Origin: Mobula hypostoma
Taxonomy: Eukaryota
Reading direction: 5' to 3'
Length of the DNA stretch: 64,000 nt
NCBI RefSeq assembly: GCF_963921235.1
Contig: NC_086097.1
Location: forward strand, 72,914,001 to 72,978,000
This document shows positions 51,981 through 64,000 of the stretch, piece after piece (positions within the stretch are counted from its first letter, which is position 1; every line of letters starts with the position of its first letter). The notes beneath the pieces were generated by a model. The model saw only the letters and a list, made by a program, of their open reading frames with translations. It searched no databases and was not told where the DNA came from. A program made the translations under genes and the position numbers.

Positions 51981-54900
51981 GGTCAGGTGGCAGACCCCTT
52001 GGTGGGAGAGCATTTTGATGAGAGAGACCACAACTCCCTTAGCTTCAGCATAGCTATGGAAAGGTTAAAAACAGACAAAATGGGAAAGTGCTTAACTGGG
52101 GAAGGGCTAACTATGAAGGGATGAAGCAGGAACTAGTGAGAGTAAATTGGAAACAGATGTTCAAAGGTGAAAGTACAGAAGTAATGTGAAGGAAGTTCAG
52201 GGACCACTTGTGCTGGGTTCAGGATAGGTTTGTCCCACTGAGACAAGGAAAAAATAGTAGGAAAAGGGAACCGTGGCTGCCGAAACATGTGAGGCAACTC
52301 CTCAAGAGGAAGAAGGAAGCATATGTTCGAAATAAGAAGCAGGAAGCAGGAGGGGCTCATGAGAAATATAGGGTAGCCAGGAAGGAGCTTAAGAAAGGAC
52401 TTAGGAGAGCTTGATGGGGGCATGAGAAGGCCTTGGCATGTAGGCTTAAGAAGAACCCCAAGGTGTTCTATGCATATGTGAAGAACAGAAGGATGACAAG
52501 AATGTAGGTGGGGCCGCTAAAGGATAAAGAAGGCAACATGTGCCTGGTGGCAGAGGAGGTTGGGGGGGTTCTAAATGAATACTTTGCTTCAGTACTCACA
52601 CGTGAAAAGGACCTTGATCAGGGTGAGGCTGAAATAGATCAGGCCTGTGTGCTGGACAATGTGGAGATTAAGGAAGAAGAAGTGTTGGAACTTCTTAAAA
52701 ACATCAAGATTGATAAGTCCTCAGGACTGGACGTGATATACCCCGGTTGCTGTAAAAAGTGAGGGAAGAAATCGCTGGAGCAGTAGCTATGATCTTTGAA
52801 TCCTCTTTGGCTGCGGGGGAGGTGCCGGAGGATTGGAGAATGGCAAATGTGGTTCCCTTGTTTAAAAAAGGTAATAGGGAGAATCCTGGGAACTACAGAT
52901 CGGTGAGTCTTACATCGGTAGTCCGCAAACTATTGGAAAGGATTCTTAAGGATAGGATCTATGAGCATTTGGAGAAGTACAGTCTACTCAAGGATAGTCA
53001 ACATGGCTTTGTGAAGGGAAGGTCATGTCTCACGAGCCTAATTGAGTTTTTTGAAGAGGTAACAAAAGGAATTGATGAGGGTAGGGTGGTAGATGTGGTC
53101 TACATGGATTTCAGCAAGGCATTTGACAAGATCCCTCATGAGAGACTCATCCAGAAAGTCATGAGGCATGGGATCAGTGGAACCTTGGCTGTTTGGATAA
53201 AAAATTGGCTTACAGGAAGAAAGCAGAGGGTAGTAGTGGAAGGAAAGTATTCTGCCTGGAGGTCGGTGACTAGTGGAGTGTCGCAAGTATCTGTCCTGGG
53301 ACCCCTGCTCTTTGTGATTTTAATAAATGACCTGGATGAAGAGGCGGAAGGGTGGGTGAGTAAGTTTGCAGATGACGCGAAGATTGGAGGAGTTGTGGAT
53401 GGAGCTGTAGGTTGTCGAAGGTTACAAAAGGATTTAGACAGGATGCAGAGTTGGGCAGAAAAGTGGCAGATGGAGTTCAATCCGGATAAGCGTGAGGTGA
53501 TGTATTTTGGAAGGACAAACCAGAAGACTGAGTACAGGGTTAATGGTCAGTTACTTAAGAGTGTGGATGAACAGAGGGACCTTGGGGTTCAAATCCATAT
53601 ATCCCTCAAGGTCGCTGCACAGGTTGATAGGATAGTTAAGAAGGCCTAGGGGATGCTAGGCTTCATTAATAGGGGGATTGAGTTCAAGAGTAGAGAGGTC
53701 ATGTTACAACTCTACAAATCTCTGGTGAGACCACACTTAGAGTATTGTGTTCAGTTCTGGTCATCTCATTATAGGAAGGATGTGGAAGCTATGGAGAGGG
53801 TGCAGAGGAGACTTACCAGGATGTTGCCTGGATTGGAAACTAAGTCTTGTGAGGCAAGGTTAGCAGAGCTGGGACTTTTCTCTTTGGAGCATAGAAGGAT
53901 GAGAGGGGACTTGATAGAGGTCTACAAGATTATGAGAGGCATAGATAGGGTGGGTGGCCAGTACCTGTTTCTCAGGGAACGAATAGCAAACACCAGAGGG
54001 CGTATGTACAAAGTTAAGGGAGGGAAGTTTAGGAGAGACATCAGGGGTAAGTTTTTTTGCACAGAGGGTTGTGGGTGCCTGGAATGACTTGCCAGGGATG
54101 GTGGTGGAGGCTAAAACATTAGGGGTATTTAAGAGCCTCCTGGACAGGCACATGGATGAAAGAAAAATAGAGGGTTAAGGGGTAGTGTGGGTTTAGTACT
54201 TTTTTTAAGGAATATATGGGTCAGTACAACATCGAGGGCTGAAGGGCCTGTACTGTGCTGTAGAATTCTAGTGTCTAGGGTCTAGCACTTTGGTTGAGTC
54301 TAAAGGGGAAACCAGTCGTCTGTCATGATCATTTTCCATCCTGCTCACACTTTCTCTTTGTCTGTGGCCTCTTGCAAGGCCTTTGTAAGTGAATGGAATG
54401 GCAATTCATCTTCTGTCTGCGTTGTTTGCAGCTCTCCTGCCTTAATATCAAATTCAACAACTTCATACATTTGTGTTTTCTGTCTTGTGTTAGACCTTGC
54501 CAGTTCTGCAGTGAGTGTACCTACTTGTGATGATGACTCAGTCTTTCTCTATTTTGGTTTCAGGTCTAAGCAACATCTCAGACCTGCATTTCACATCCTT
54601 ACAGTCCCTTTGGTTTATTTTGTACATCTCTCCAACTGCCTTCATTAATCTTTTACCAGAACATTTCCAGAAACTACAGAATTGCCTTGGCAACACCGGC
54701 CTCTCGAACTCAGAGAGATTCTCTTTGTTCCATCTATCCATCCATCCATCTCCTTCTTTGCAACATAAAACAAACTTGCCTTTTCATGTTTCCAGTTCTG
54801 ATGAAGGTCCTTTCACCAGAAATATTAACTCTGTGTCTCCTTTTACAAATGCTGCCTGACATGCTGATTTTTTCCCCCAGCGTTCTTTATTTATTTTCCA

Positions 54901-54999
54901 ACAAATGCGTTGTGAGGCTTGGACTTACCCATAGAGGCTGTCACACTTGGTTTTAGGGTTGGGAACTTAGCATTTGTGGTAATACAGACATCTATTGTC

Positions 55000-55379
55000 A
55001 ACACATTGTGAAGCGGGGACACCTCCTTTTCCCTTATTAGGGAGAGAGAGAGAGCCTGTGGTATGTTGAATTACCGGGTGAACAAGTAGTCTTTGGGGTA
55101 CTGCAAGTCTGTGACTTTATTGATGCTTTGCTGCACACTTGAGTGCTCGCTGGAGGGTGCGGATGCTTTTTTGCTGGTGGGGGAGGGTAGTCATTGCTTT
55201 GCTGCTGCTTACGCATGGGACGGGGAGTCAAGCAGCTTTGGGGTTCTAACATTTAGCTGTCATTCATTCTTTGCGGCACTCCTCTGTTTTCATGGATGTT
55301 TGCAAAGAAAAAGAATTTCATGATGCTTGTTGTGTATATTTCTTTGACATTAAATGTACCTATTGATTGACCTATTGAC
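55000..55379 (+). mobile_element. Non-autonomous retroposon with a Rex1-like 3' tail
   Basis: 3' end tgcaaagaaaaagaatttca...tgacattaaatgtacctattgattgacctattga parallels the Rex1 tails at 1590-1670 and 46880-46963; body non-coding. Confidence 0.45.
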
Positions 55380-55790
55380 ATGGCTTTCATGGCACAATCA
55401 GACCTATGCACAGAGATCATACTTTTCAGATACTTACTTTTAAAAATCTTCACAGGGCCACATCAATGAAATCCCTGAATCAGGTCAGAAATCAACACTG
55501 CTAAAGTTGTTGCTGCTGGTCACAGATGAAAAACTTGCAATGATTTTTTCAGTAATAAAAGGCTGTTTATTAACATTTTTGTACAAACTGAGCATAAAGA
55601 TATGGAACTGTTGTTAAAAAGATTAAATTCAAAAGTACTTTTCTCACATAGTAACCATGAACTCCAGATGAAAAGTGCAGAACTCCAACTAACTGAAGAA
55701 ATTATGATTTTTTGCGGAATTAAGTGATTGATATTGCAATAATTGTTAACTGTTATATTGAGACCTAAGGAATACTTGACACCAAGAATC

Positions 55791-56110
55791 ACCTTGTTGT
55801 GGTGGAGAGTCTTATGAGTTTCTGAGATGCTGAGAGCTTAGCCATGGATGTAAGGTCAAGGCCGAGGTTCCAGACAAAGAGCAATCCAACCAGGACCTCA
55901 ACAGCTCAGCTTGTGAAAGATGATGACATATCACAATGACAGTGAAGGTAGAAGAAGGCTGCATCAGTGAAGGGTCCCCAGTCAACTCAAAACCCATGCC
56001 ACTAGCCCCTGACACTGATCTGTCAAGGACTATTGGGTGGCTGCCTGTGCATCAGCCTTCCCACATTAAATAGTCACACAAAAGTGTCCATTAAGGGAGA
56101 AACCCCTTGG
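55791..56110 (+). mobile_element. RTE (Expander/Rex3-like) 5' UTR-derived non-autonomous element
   Basis: accttgttgtggtggag...gagagct...aggtcaagg...ccagacaaagagc resembles RTE 5' ends; similar start on the minus strand at 58668. Confidence 0.5.
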
Positions 56111-56124
56111 GAGTACCAATCCGC

Positions 56125-58010
56125 CAAATCTCTAACCATGCCAGTAAATTTCCTGTAATACCATGGGCTCTTAAATTGGTAAGTAGCCTCATTTGTGGCA
56201 ACTTGTCAAAGGCCTGAAAATCCAAAATATACAACATCCACTGCATCCCCTTTACCTATCATACTTGTAATCTCCTAAAGGAATTCTAACAAGTATGTCA
56301 GGCAAGATTTTCCCTTAAAGAATCCAAGCTGACTTTGTCTTATCTTGTCCTGTGTCACCAAGTACTCCATAACCTCATCTTTAACAATTGACTCCAACAT
56401 ATTCCCAGCCACTGAGGACAGGCTAACTGGTTTATAATTTCCTTTCTACTGCCTTCCTCATTTCTTAAAGAGTGGAATGACACTTGCAATTTTCCATTCC
56501 ACTAACACCATGCCAGAGTCCAATGATTATTGAAAGATCGCTGCTAATGGCTCCACAATCTCTACCACTACACCTTTCAGAACCCTGGGGTGCAGTTCAT
56601 CTGGTCTAGGTGACTTATGTACCCTTAGGTCTTTCAACTTTTTGAGCACTTTCTCCCTTGTAATAGTAACTGCACTCAGTTCTCTTCGCTCACACCCTTC
56701 AACATCTCGCACACTGCTAGTGTCTTCCACAGTGAAGACTGATGCAAAATGCTCATTTAATTTATCTACCAACTCCTTGTCCCCCATTATTATTTCTCCA
56801 GCCTCATTTTCTAGCAATCCTATATCCTCTCACATCTCTGCCCGAAACGTCAACTGTACCTCTTCCTAGAGATGCTGCCTGGCCTGATGCATTCACCAGC
56901 AACTTTTATGTGTGTTGCTTGAAATTCCAGCATCTGCAGATTTCCTCGTGTTTGCATCCTCTCACATCTCTCTTTAATTTTTTAACATACTTGAAAAAGC
57001 TTTTACTATCCACTTCAATATTGTTTGCTAGCTTGCTTCTCTTCCCTCCTAATGATTCTTTTAGTTGCTCTCTGCAGGTTTTTAAAAGCTTCCTAATCTT
57101 CTATCTTCCTGCTAATTTTTGCTTTGTTGTATGCCTTCTCTTTTGCTTTTACATTAGCTTTGACTTCCTTTGTCAGCATTGGTTGTACTACTTTGCCATT
57201 TGAGTAGTTCTTTGTTTTTGGAATACATCTATCCTGCAACTTCCTCATTTTTTCCCAGAAACTCACGCCATTGCTGCTTTGCTGTCATCCCTGCCAACAT
57301 CTCTTTCCAATTTACTTCGGCCAATTCCTCTTTCATAGCACTGTAATTTCCTTTACTCCATTGAAATACTGTTATGTCAGACTTTACTTTCTCCCTATCA
57401 AGTTTCAAGTTGAACTTAATCATATTGTGATCACTGCCTCCTGAGGGTCCTTTTACCACCTTAGGTTTCCTATTCGTCTCCAGTTCATTACGTAACACCC
57501 AATCGAGTATAGCTGATCCCCTAGTAAGCTCAACAACAAACTGCTCTAAAAAGCTATCTCTTAGGCATTCAACAAACTTACCTTCTTGAGATCCAATACA
57601 ACCCTGATTTTCCCAATCGACCTGCATGTTAAAATCTCCTATGACTATCATAACATTGCCATTTTGACATGCCTTTTCTATTTCCCGTTGTAATCTATGG
57701 TCCACATCCCAGCTACATTTGGGAGGCCTGTATATAAATGCCATCAGGGTCCTTTTACCCTTGCAGTTTTTTAACTCAGCCCACTAGGATTCAACATCTT
57801 CCAGTTCTATGTACCATCTTTCAACTGATTTGATGCCATTCTTTACCAACAGTGCCACACCACTCCCTCTGCCTACCTCCCTATCCCTCTGATGCAATGT
57901 GTAAGCTTGGACTTTCAGCTGTCAGCTACAACCTTTCTTCAGCCACAACATCATACCTGATAATTTGTAAAAGTGCAACAAGACCATCCAGCTTATTTCT
58001 TATTCTCCAT
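56125..58010 (-). mobile_element. CR1 internal fragment (APE to RT start)
   Basis: Minus ORFs 57229..57744 (YRPP, GDFN, GGSDHN) and 56527..56817 (FASVFT, SPRPDELHPRVLK). Confidence 0.92.
56840..56955 (+). mobile_element. 116-bp Penelope-like pLTR insertion starting inside the hammerhead
   Basis: Perfect 16-bp TSD atcctctcacatctct at 56824-56839 and 56956-56971; nearly identical to 14872-14949. Confidence 0.9.
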
Positions 58011-58299
58011 ACAGACAACCCAAAAGGCCATTGAATGACCTTTTGGGATCTCTGCTTTTCACTGCATACAACTGACTTCCCAGATAATTTGTTCATCAAA
58101 CCTTATTCCACCATTTGGCTTTCCCATCACTCCTCTCAGTCAGCCCAGTTAACTGACTATACTGCTTGTCTCTCTGTCAGTTAAAATGCACAAGAATACA
58201 TTGTATGCTTGCCATTAATTGCCTGCTGCAAAAAAAAATTAAGTTATTTAGAAATATGATTGTTTCTTGTCACTCTCATTCTTACTTACTGCCCCTTAC

Positions 58300-58668
58300 A
58301 CCACCAGTATCTAGGGCAGAAATGAAGGCTCCCAGCTGTGGCAGTGTTCAGGACTTCCTTCATCATGTCAGTATCTTCCTCTTAGTTTTCACTACTGTTA
58401 GTCATGCAAGTCACAGGTGGAGTCTCAGGACTACCATCGCACTCAGATGTAGAAGGCTTCCTCATTTCTGTAACAATTTAGTTCTACCAGTCAGGGTTGT
58501 TAGCCATAAGCTAAAGTCCCGAACCTGGAGGACCAGTGAACCAATCTTATCATAGCCTCTACCCTTTGAACTGTTTGGCATTGGTGCTACTAGCTTATAG
58601 CCCTGACTCCAGCCAACATAGCTCTCCAGGTTATTGAGGCACACAAGTATCCAGACCACAACAAGGTT
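58300..58668 (-). mobile_element. RTE 5' UTR-derived non-autonomous element
   Basis: Minus strand accttgttgtggtctgg...tgtgtgcctcaataacc...gagagctatgttggctggag...aagggtagaggc...ctggtcctccaggtt is a typical RTE 5' UTR pattern. Confidence 0.55.
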
Positions 58669-61600
58669 TGTGGTCCTCTCGGAGGTAACTCTCATTCATT
58701 GGAACTTTATTGAGGTTGGTTTCCGTTGAACCATCACCAAGATTGGAATTATTGAAACCTACAAGAGGAATCCACACAAAAGAAGAAATGATCAAGAGCG
58801 AAAAAGTATCCAATAGAGTTATCGAAGGATGTTTGCTGACTCCTACATTATTGTTGAATCTTGATTATTTCTGAGATGATTAGAGAGTATAGAATACCAT
58901 GTATCCAATAGAATACGTCAAGTGTCCATCAACCTTACACAATGAAAAATCTGTACTTGAGTTTTAGACAGTAGGTTGCATTAGTTATTGCGGGCTACAC
59001 TTCAGTCATCTGTCATCACTGGTATGCCAACAGCTGTAGTTGGAAAATCCCAGCAACACATATGATATGTTAATAGGAGCTGCCACATACTTCAGTATCA
59101 AAACACTGAAATGGTTATCCTAAATATGCGTAATTTTTTTCAGCTCTAAATAAATGTCTATTTAATTATTTTTTCGAAGTAGGATGAAGACCAACAGGAC
59201 TCCTCTGAGACGAAGCCACATATTGGTGTGCCTCATCTTCTCTTGGGAGGGCACAGGAAAATTCATCACTGCTCATGTATCTATTCCATAGCTATCCAGT
59301 GCATTGAAATCTAGTTTTTTTTTCTATTGGAAATGCATAAAAAGCAATTGTTTATTCTATTTGTTTTTTCTTCAAATTTTCCAAAGAAGTGCCTTTCGTC
59401 TTAAAGTTCAATCCATTATATAATTCTCCCAACTTTTGTATGGTCATTAAATAAAACTGCATTAAGTTATAATGAATGCAAAGTCAGCTTCTGCTTTGTG
59501 ATTAGTCACGTCATGCATCTTATTTCCAACTATGATCTTCCTGGTCCATAATCCCAAGTCATTATCAATCTCTCCATTACCACGTAGAAGTGGATGTTCT
59601 TTGTAAGTGTACTTAAGTAATGAAAGCTCATTCATCACAAGAAGTGTTAGCAAAAGGACATTGATATTTTTCTTGCCTGATGCACCCTTTCCAACAAGTA
59701 CTATCAGATACCAGTCAGAGATTAGAGACCTTGCTGATATCCCTTCTCTCTCTTAGTCCTAAGGTGAGGTGGTCAAAATAATGGACTGCTTAAGCCTTCT
59801 CTGAATCATTCAATCCCCGTCTCCCTGTCTTGATTTAATTTCTCAGAATTAATAAAATGAGCAGCAAAAGAGGGCATTTATGAATCCTGGGAAATGTTAC
59901 AAAGTATATTTGTACCAAAGCTCCTGGAGAATTACAACCCACTAATCTAAGCTGAAACAAGAGGAAGTCACAACATAGAAATATTCAGTATGTAAGTTGC
60001 CTTGGTTATCTTCCTCTTCCCTTTCTTTGCATGGCATATAGATCATAACAGATCAATAGGAATAGACAGCTACCTTACTTATTCAATTGAGTTTATATGG
60101 TGATCCAGAATCTTTCATGTCCATATTATCTAGTTCTGGATCATATATTTTATCAGGAGTTATACCATTTCACTGAAATCCATGCTGGGATTTGAGTCTG
60201 TGAGGATTCTAGTTCTGCCATACATTCAAAGCAAATCATCAATAAGCCCAATAACACAGACAGAAAGAGAATCAATTATCTCATGATCAAATTAGATATC
60301 CATTGTTCTTCCTCTAAAGTTAAAGGTGCACTGCTCATTAAATGTTATTACCTCATTAGACCACTCAATTCACCATAACCTGCTAGCACCAATCTCTTCA
60401 GAGATATGTGGCTCATAAAATAAGAACACATCCATTCATCACAACCTGGAAATATTACAATAAATCTGCTCTGTCTAAATAACATGAAGGCATTGCACAA
60501 TAGTTGCCTTCTGAAATAAATGGAATAAAAATCATATGGGCTTAGCAAAGAGCAAAGGATCTGTTCCTCCACCTATAGGGAGGAGGTAGGATGGCTAATA
60601 AGCAGTCATCAGTATTCTAGTAATTCCAGTTGGTTTCTCATGTCATGGGGAATGAACTTCACTCTGGAAAGCTTTTATGTTAGTCAGTGTGACTGATTGG
60701 CCTTAATCCCAGTAACTTGCCTCCCCACCCACAAATCTACAGCTTCATTTGTGGCCAATTCCCTATAAGTAGTAAAATCAAATTGTCAGCAAATTAATTA
60801 AAAGATAAATCTGCTGGGGAGCAATTTCCTATGAGTCATGATATTACATACATCAATTCCTATGATATTTACCCTCTTTGTGAAGCACAATAAATGCGGA
60901 TATCATTTATATCCACGTGAAAAGCTTGCACTTAATTACTTAACCAGCCTAACATCTCTTTAGACGCAGTTTGAATCTTAATGCAGGCTAGTTCTATTGT
61001 GTCTTTGGAATATGATAAAAAATATTACTTTGAAGGAATTTAACTCTCGCAGGAACCATAGAATTCCTGGTAATCGAATTCCCTCGATGAGAGCAGCAAC
61101 TAGTAGATATCCTGGCCTAGCCAAATGCTGGCCATACAGTGAGGCCCTCAGATACACTCAGAACCAAAAACCCATCCACCACAGCATGTTTCTGTAGCTG
61201 AAGGGATATCATCTGTATCTTCTGTCTAGGGCAGTTGGTACTGGGTGTGTGGGTGAAACCAGCAGGTGGAGTTTGAAGGTAGCTTGTAAGCGTCTGAGTG
61301 ATAGCGGAGAACAATTAGTTTGGGAGTTGGTACTTTAGGTAAGGCTGTGGGAGTGGGGTTTGATGTTAATGAAGTGCTGAGAATATGAGAGATAGCTGGT
61401 GGTGAAGGTTTGACTGGCAGTTGATCTTTGATTCAGGATTTGTAATTTTCAAAGTAGAAATCACAAACCTCAGGTAGATTGTTTGTTATTTAAAAAGTGG
61501 GGTGCCAAAACTGATCAGACAAGGAAGAGTAGTCCCAGTTAGCCAATGGAGGTATAGGAGAAAAGGGACATAGGAAGGAGGGATTTGAGGGATATGGGGA

Positions 61601-62029
61601 CTGCAGGATGGAGAGCCCAGAATTTGAGTGAATGTGCAAGAGAGGAGTCCAGAGAGCTTGTGGGAAGCATAGAAGAGAACATTCCAGGGAACACAGGAGA
61701 GAAATGATGTGTGGAACCTGGTGTGAATGCAGCAGGGAGGTATTGGAGGTGGGGGTGGTGGTGGGGGGGGGCGTTCCCTGTTGGAACATGGGGTAGGAGC
61801 ATAGGAGAGAATTCCCTAGGGAAAGTCAATGGGAAAGATGGCTTAGGAAGGCTCAGGTAAGTCATGGGTGTAGCCAACAGAAATGCACCTGCAACCTCCA
61901 CCCTGACTATTCTAAACCCACCCTTGCTTGTACTGTGTTGCAGTGAAATATACACAGAGTTTGTAAACCACTGTGTTGGACTGACAGCTGGTGTTCCTCA
62001 GGGAAGATGAAGTAAGACCAGTGATAGAG

Positions 62030-62167
62030 GAGGCCCTGCTGAAGGGTCTCAGCCCGAATTGTCAACTGTTTAAATTTTTCCATAGATCCTGCCTGGCCGG
62101 CTGAGTTCCTCCTGCATTTTGTGTATGTTGCTTGGATTTCCAGCATCTGCAGACTTTCTGTTGTTAG
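62030..62167 (+). mobile_element. Penelope-like pLTR fragment with mutated hammerhead
   Basis: ctgctga-agggtctcagccc-gaat-tg-tc...cctgcctggcc...ttccagcatctgcaga. Confidence 0.8.
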
Positions 62168-62378
62168 AACAGATGTGGGTGCTGTAGGTTAGGCAAGAAA
62201 CTTGGGTTGTTATGGTGTAGGGTGGCTAAGACCATGAACGTTGTGAAGTCAGCTGGATAATTAGTGTTTGGGATCAGAAAATAGTTGGAAAGATCAACAG
62301 TTTTTTTTATTTTTGAGCAGGTAAGTTGAGGGAATGGAACAGCCAGCATTGTATGGGGAAGAAGATCAAGAATGAAAG

Positions 62379-62507
62379 CAGACATCCACCTCTCCCGGAA
62401 GTTCCAAGAATCTCCCACATATTGATAGTGGCTTCCTGATGCCCGCAAATTATACACAATATCCCGGAAATCGATTTTTTTGAGAGCAAGTGAGCGAGAG
62501 AGAAGTG

Positions 62508-62550
<43 letters not shown>

Positions 62551-63234
62551 TGTGACAGACGTAGCGAGAGAGTGACAGAGAGAGCATCCTGATTGGTCTC
62601 TCTTTGTGCTAAGTAGACCTATCAATTTTCTCTGTGGGTGGGCTTTACAGTCGACCTCTCTCTCTCTTTCATTGTCCATCAGTTCAGTTTAGTGTCCTGC
62701 AGCGCCATGGCAGAGTGTTCCAAAAAAAAACATAAAACGTACTTCACCCCAGAACACACTAAAGTGTACCCCTGCCTAATAGGGGTCAAAAATAATGACA
62801 GTGTTACTCGCTGCACTGTTTGCAACAGTGACTTTTCTATTGCCCATGGTGGGTTAAATGACTGTAAAAGACATGTTGACGTGAGTCCTGGATTATGTCT
62901 CAACTAACCTTGAAGGACTGGTGCCAAACTACAAAAGTTTGCCAGTTGATGAGTTCTGGGGGAAGCTGTCCAAAGTAAAATCTGTGAGCACAGGGCAGTT
63001 GAGATTAAAAGAGCTCTGCCAGTTGATGAAGCTGCTTTTGGTGCTGTCAAATTCTAATTGTGATGTAGAAAGGGCATTCAGCATGGTGCCTCACGTTAAA
63101 ACAGATTTCAGAAGTCAGCTGTCTCAGAAAACACTTGTGAATCTGATGTCTTGCAAAATTAACAAATTCATTGACACAGACTGCTATGAGGTTGAGACCT
63201 CCCTGAAATGAGTTTTTGCAGGGTGGGATGACTG
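62379..63234 (+). mobile_element. Internally deleted hAT transposon (856 bp) with a 6-bp TSD
   Basis: TIRs cagacatccacc / ggtgggatgactg; tgaaag on both flanks; zinc finger CTVCNSDFSIAHGGLNDCKRH (ATG 62707) followed by the hAT dimerisation domain FW...SNSNCDVERAFS..KTDFRSQL. Confidence 0.88.
62510..62547. repeat. (GA)n microsatellite in the hAT 5' region
   Basis: Direct inspection. Confidence 0.95.
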
Positions 63235-63559
63235 TGAAAGGGAAGGATTTATGGATTCTGGGCCTTGATGTTGGGGTCAAGGGAAGTACCTCAGGTCAAT
63301 AATGGGGGCAAGTGGAGATTGTTGGGAAGTCTCATAAGCTGTACTTTAGACAATTGAAGCACGGAGGTAATATTCTAATAAAGTATTATGTGCTTCATCG
63401 AAGGTTATTATGGAATGTAAAAATTTACAGAGTAAGTGTTGTGTTAGTAGGGATAGATAATCACAGGGAATAGAGATTAAACATAAATGGCTCTTTTTCT
63501 GTCTGGCAGTGTATGCCACAGGGAAGAAGAAGGTGCATCTGCTGAATTTTCTGTTGACA

Positions 63560-63845
63560 AATTGATGCGAATGAAAAGAGCACATAAGGGGACTACACTA
63601 GTGGATAAAGATGTGCCAGACTGAACATAGTGTGGGGAAATGTAAACTGGTCTAGTGCTGCTTGAAAAGAATAAAGAATTTTATCTAAATGGCAAGAGAC
63701 CATGGAGCTCTGAGGTGCAGAGGGATCTGGGTGTTCTTAGGCAATATTCAGAAAAGTCACATACACAGGTACTGCACGTAATTAGGAAAGCAAACAGAAT
63801 ATTATTGTTGAGTGAGTTGAATGCAAAGGTAAACATGTTATGGTT
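63560..63845 (+). mobile_element. Decayed CR1 RT fragment
   Basis: FYLNG...EVQRDLGVL...IRKANRIL. Confidence 0.75.
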
Positions 63846-63849
63846 TGGT

Positions 63850-64000
63850 TATTTATTTAGAGATCCAGCACAGAACAGGCCTACCTGACCCAACAAGTCA
63901 GGACGTCCAGCAACCTACCTATTAACACCAGCTTAATCAGAGGACAATTTACAATGAGCAATTAACCTACTAATTGGAAGGTCTTTGGACTGTGGGAGGT
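63850..64000 (-). mobile_element. V-SINE/HE1-type SINE 3' part (runs off the window)
   Basis: atttatttagaga...gaacaggcc...ggacaatttacaatg..caattaacctac...gtctttggactgtgggag. Confidence 0.65.

Larger units (their letters stand above)
49769..54285 (+). mobile_element. CR1 LINE, truncated in ORF1, with nested solo LTR
   Basis: ORF1 esterase pieces, APE, RT ORFs 52759..53649 and 53653..54087, tail tctagtgtctagggtctag; possible 5-bp TSD cactt. Confidence 0.93.
49370..54900 (+). mobile_element. Old Penelope-like element (inverted pLTR, GIY-YIG remnant, 3' pLTR) split by a CR1
   Basis: 49570-49768 encodes decayed RCNTC...PKQSFQLKQRF...IRETKHKLDDHF (Cys linker plus GIY-YIG); resumes after cactt at 54286; degenerate hammerhead ctgatga...gaaa near 54797-54822. 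Confidence 0.7.

Noticed and set aside
59520..59610. Possible exon ending at gtaagt
   Set aside because: No convincing acceptor and no recognisable peptide
61740..61775. G-rich tract as a G-quadruplex element
   Set aside because: Uneven G-runs in low-complexity sequence with no evidence of function

Overview
Eukaryotic non-genic DNA made mostly of transposable elements. The repeat content suggests a cartilaginous fish, probably a ray (inference only). No intact host gene is evident. The window holds many CR1 LINEs: one near full-length copy with an intact esterase ORF1 and several truncated or decayed copies on both strands. It also holds Rex1/Babar, RTE, Nimb/I-clade, HERO and L2 fragments, Penelope-like pieces with minimal hammerhead-ribozyme cores, three LTR elements, hAT and Tc1 non-autonomous elements, SINE remnants and a 5S-derived fragment. 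Many insertions are nested and have readable target-site duplications (TSDs). Three observations stand out. (1) A non-autonomous Gypsy (Mag-like) element has its RT/RNaseH/integrase core replaced by an intronless fragment of the host splicing-factor gene RBM25. (2) A correctly phased U_UUA_AAC slippery heptamer sits at the ORF1 stop of four divergent CR1 copies. In two of them the -1 frame runs ATG-less into the endonuclease, suggesting ORF2 is made by -1 ribosomal frameshifting. (3) Penelope-type minimal hammerheads are dispersed through the window, and the copy ends cluster at the ribozyme.
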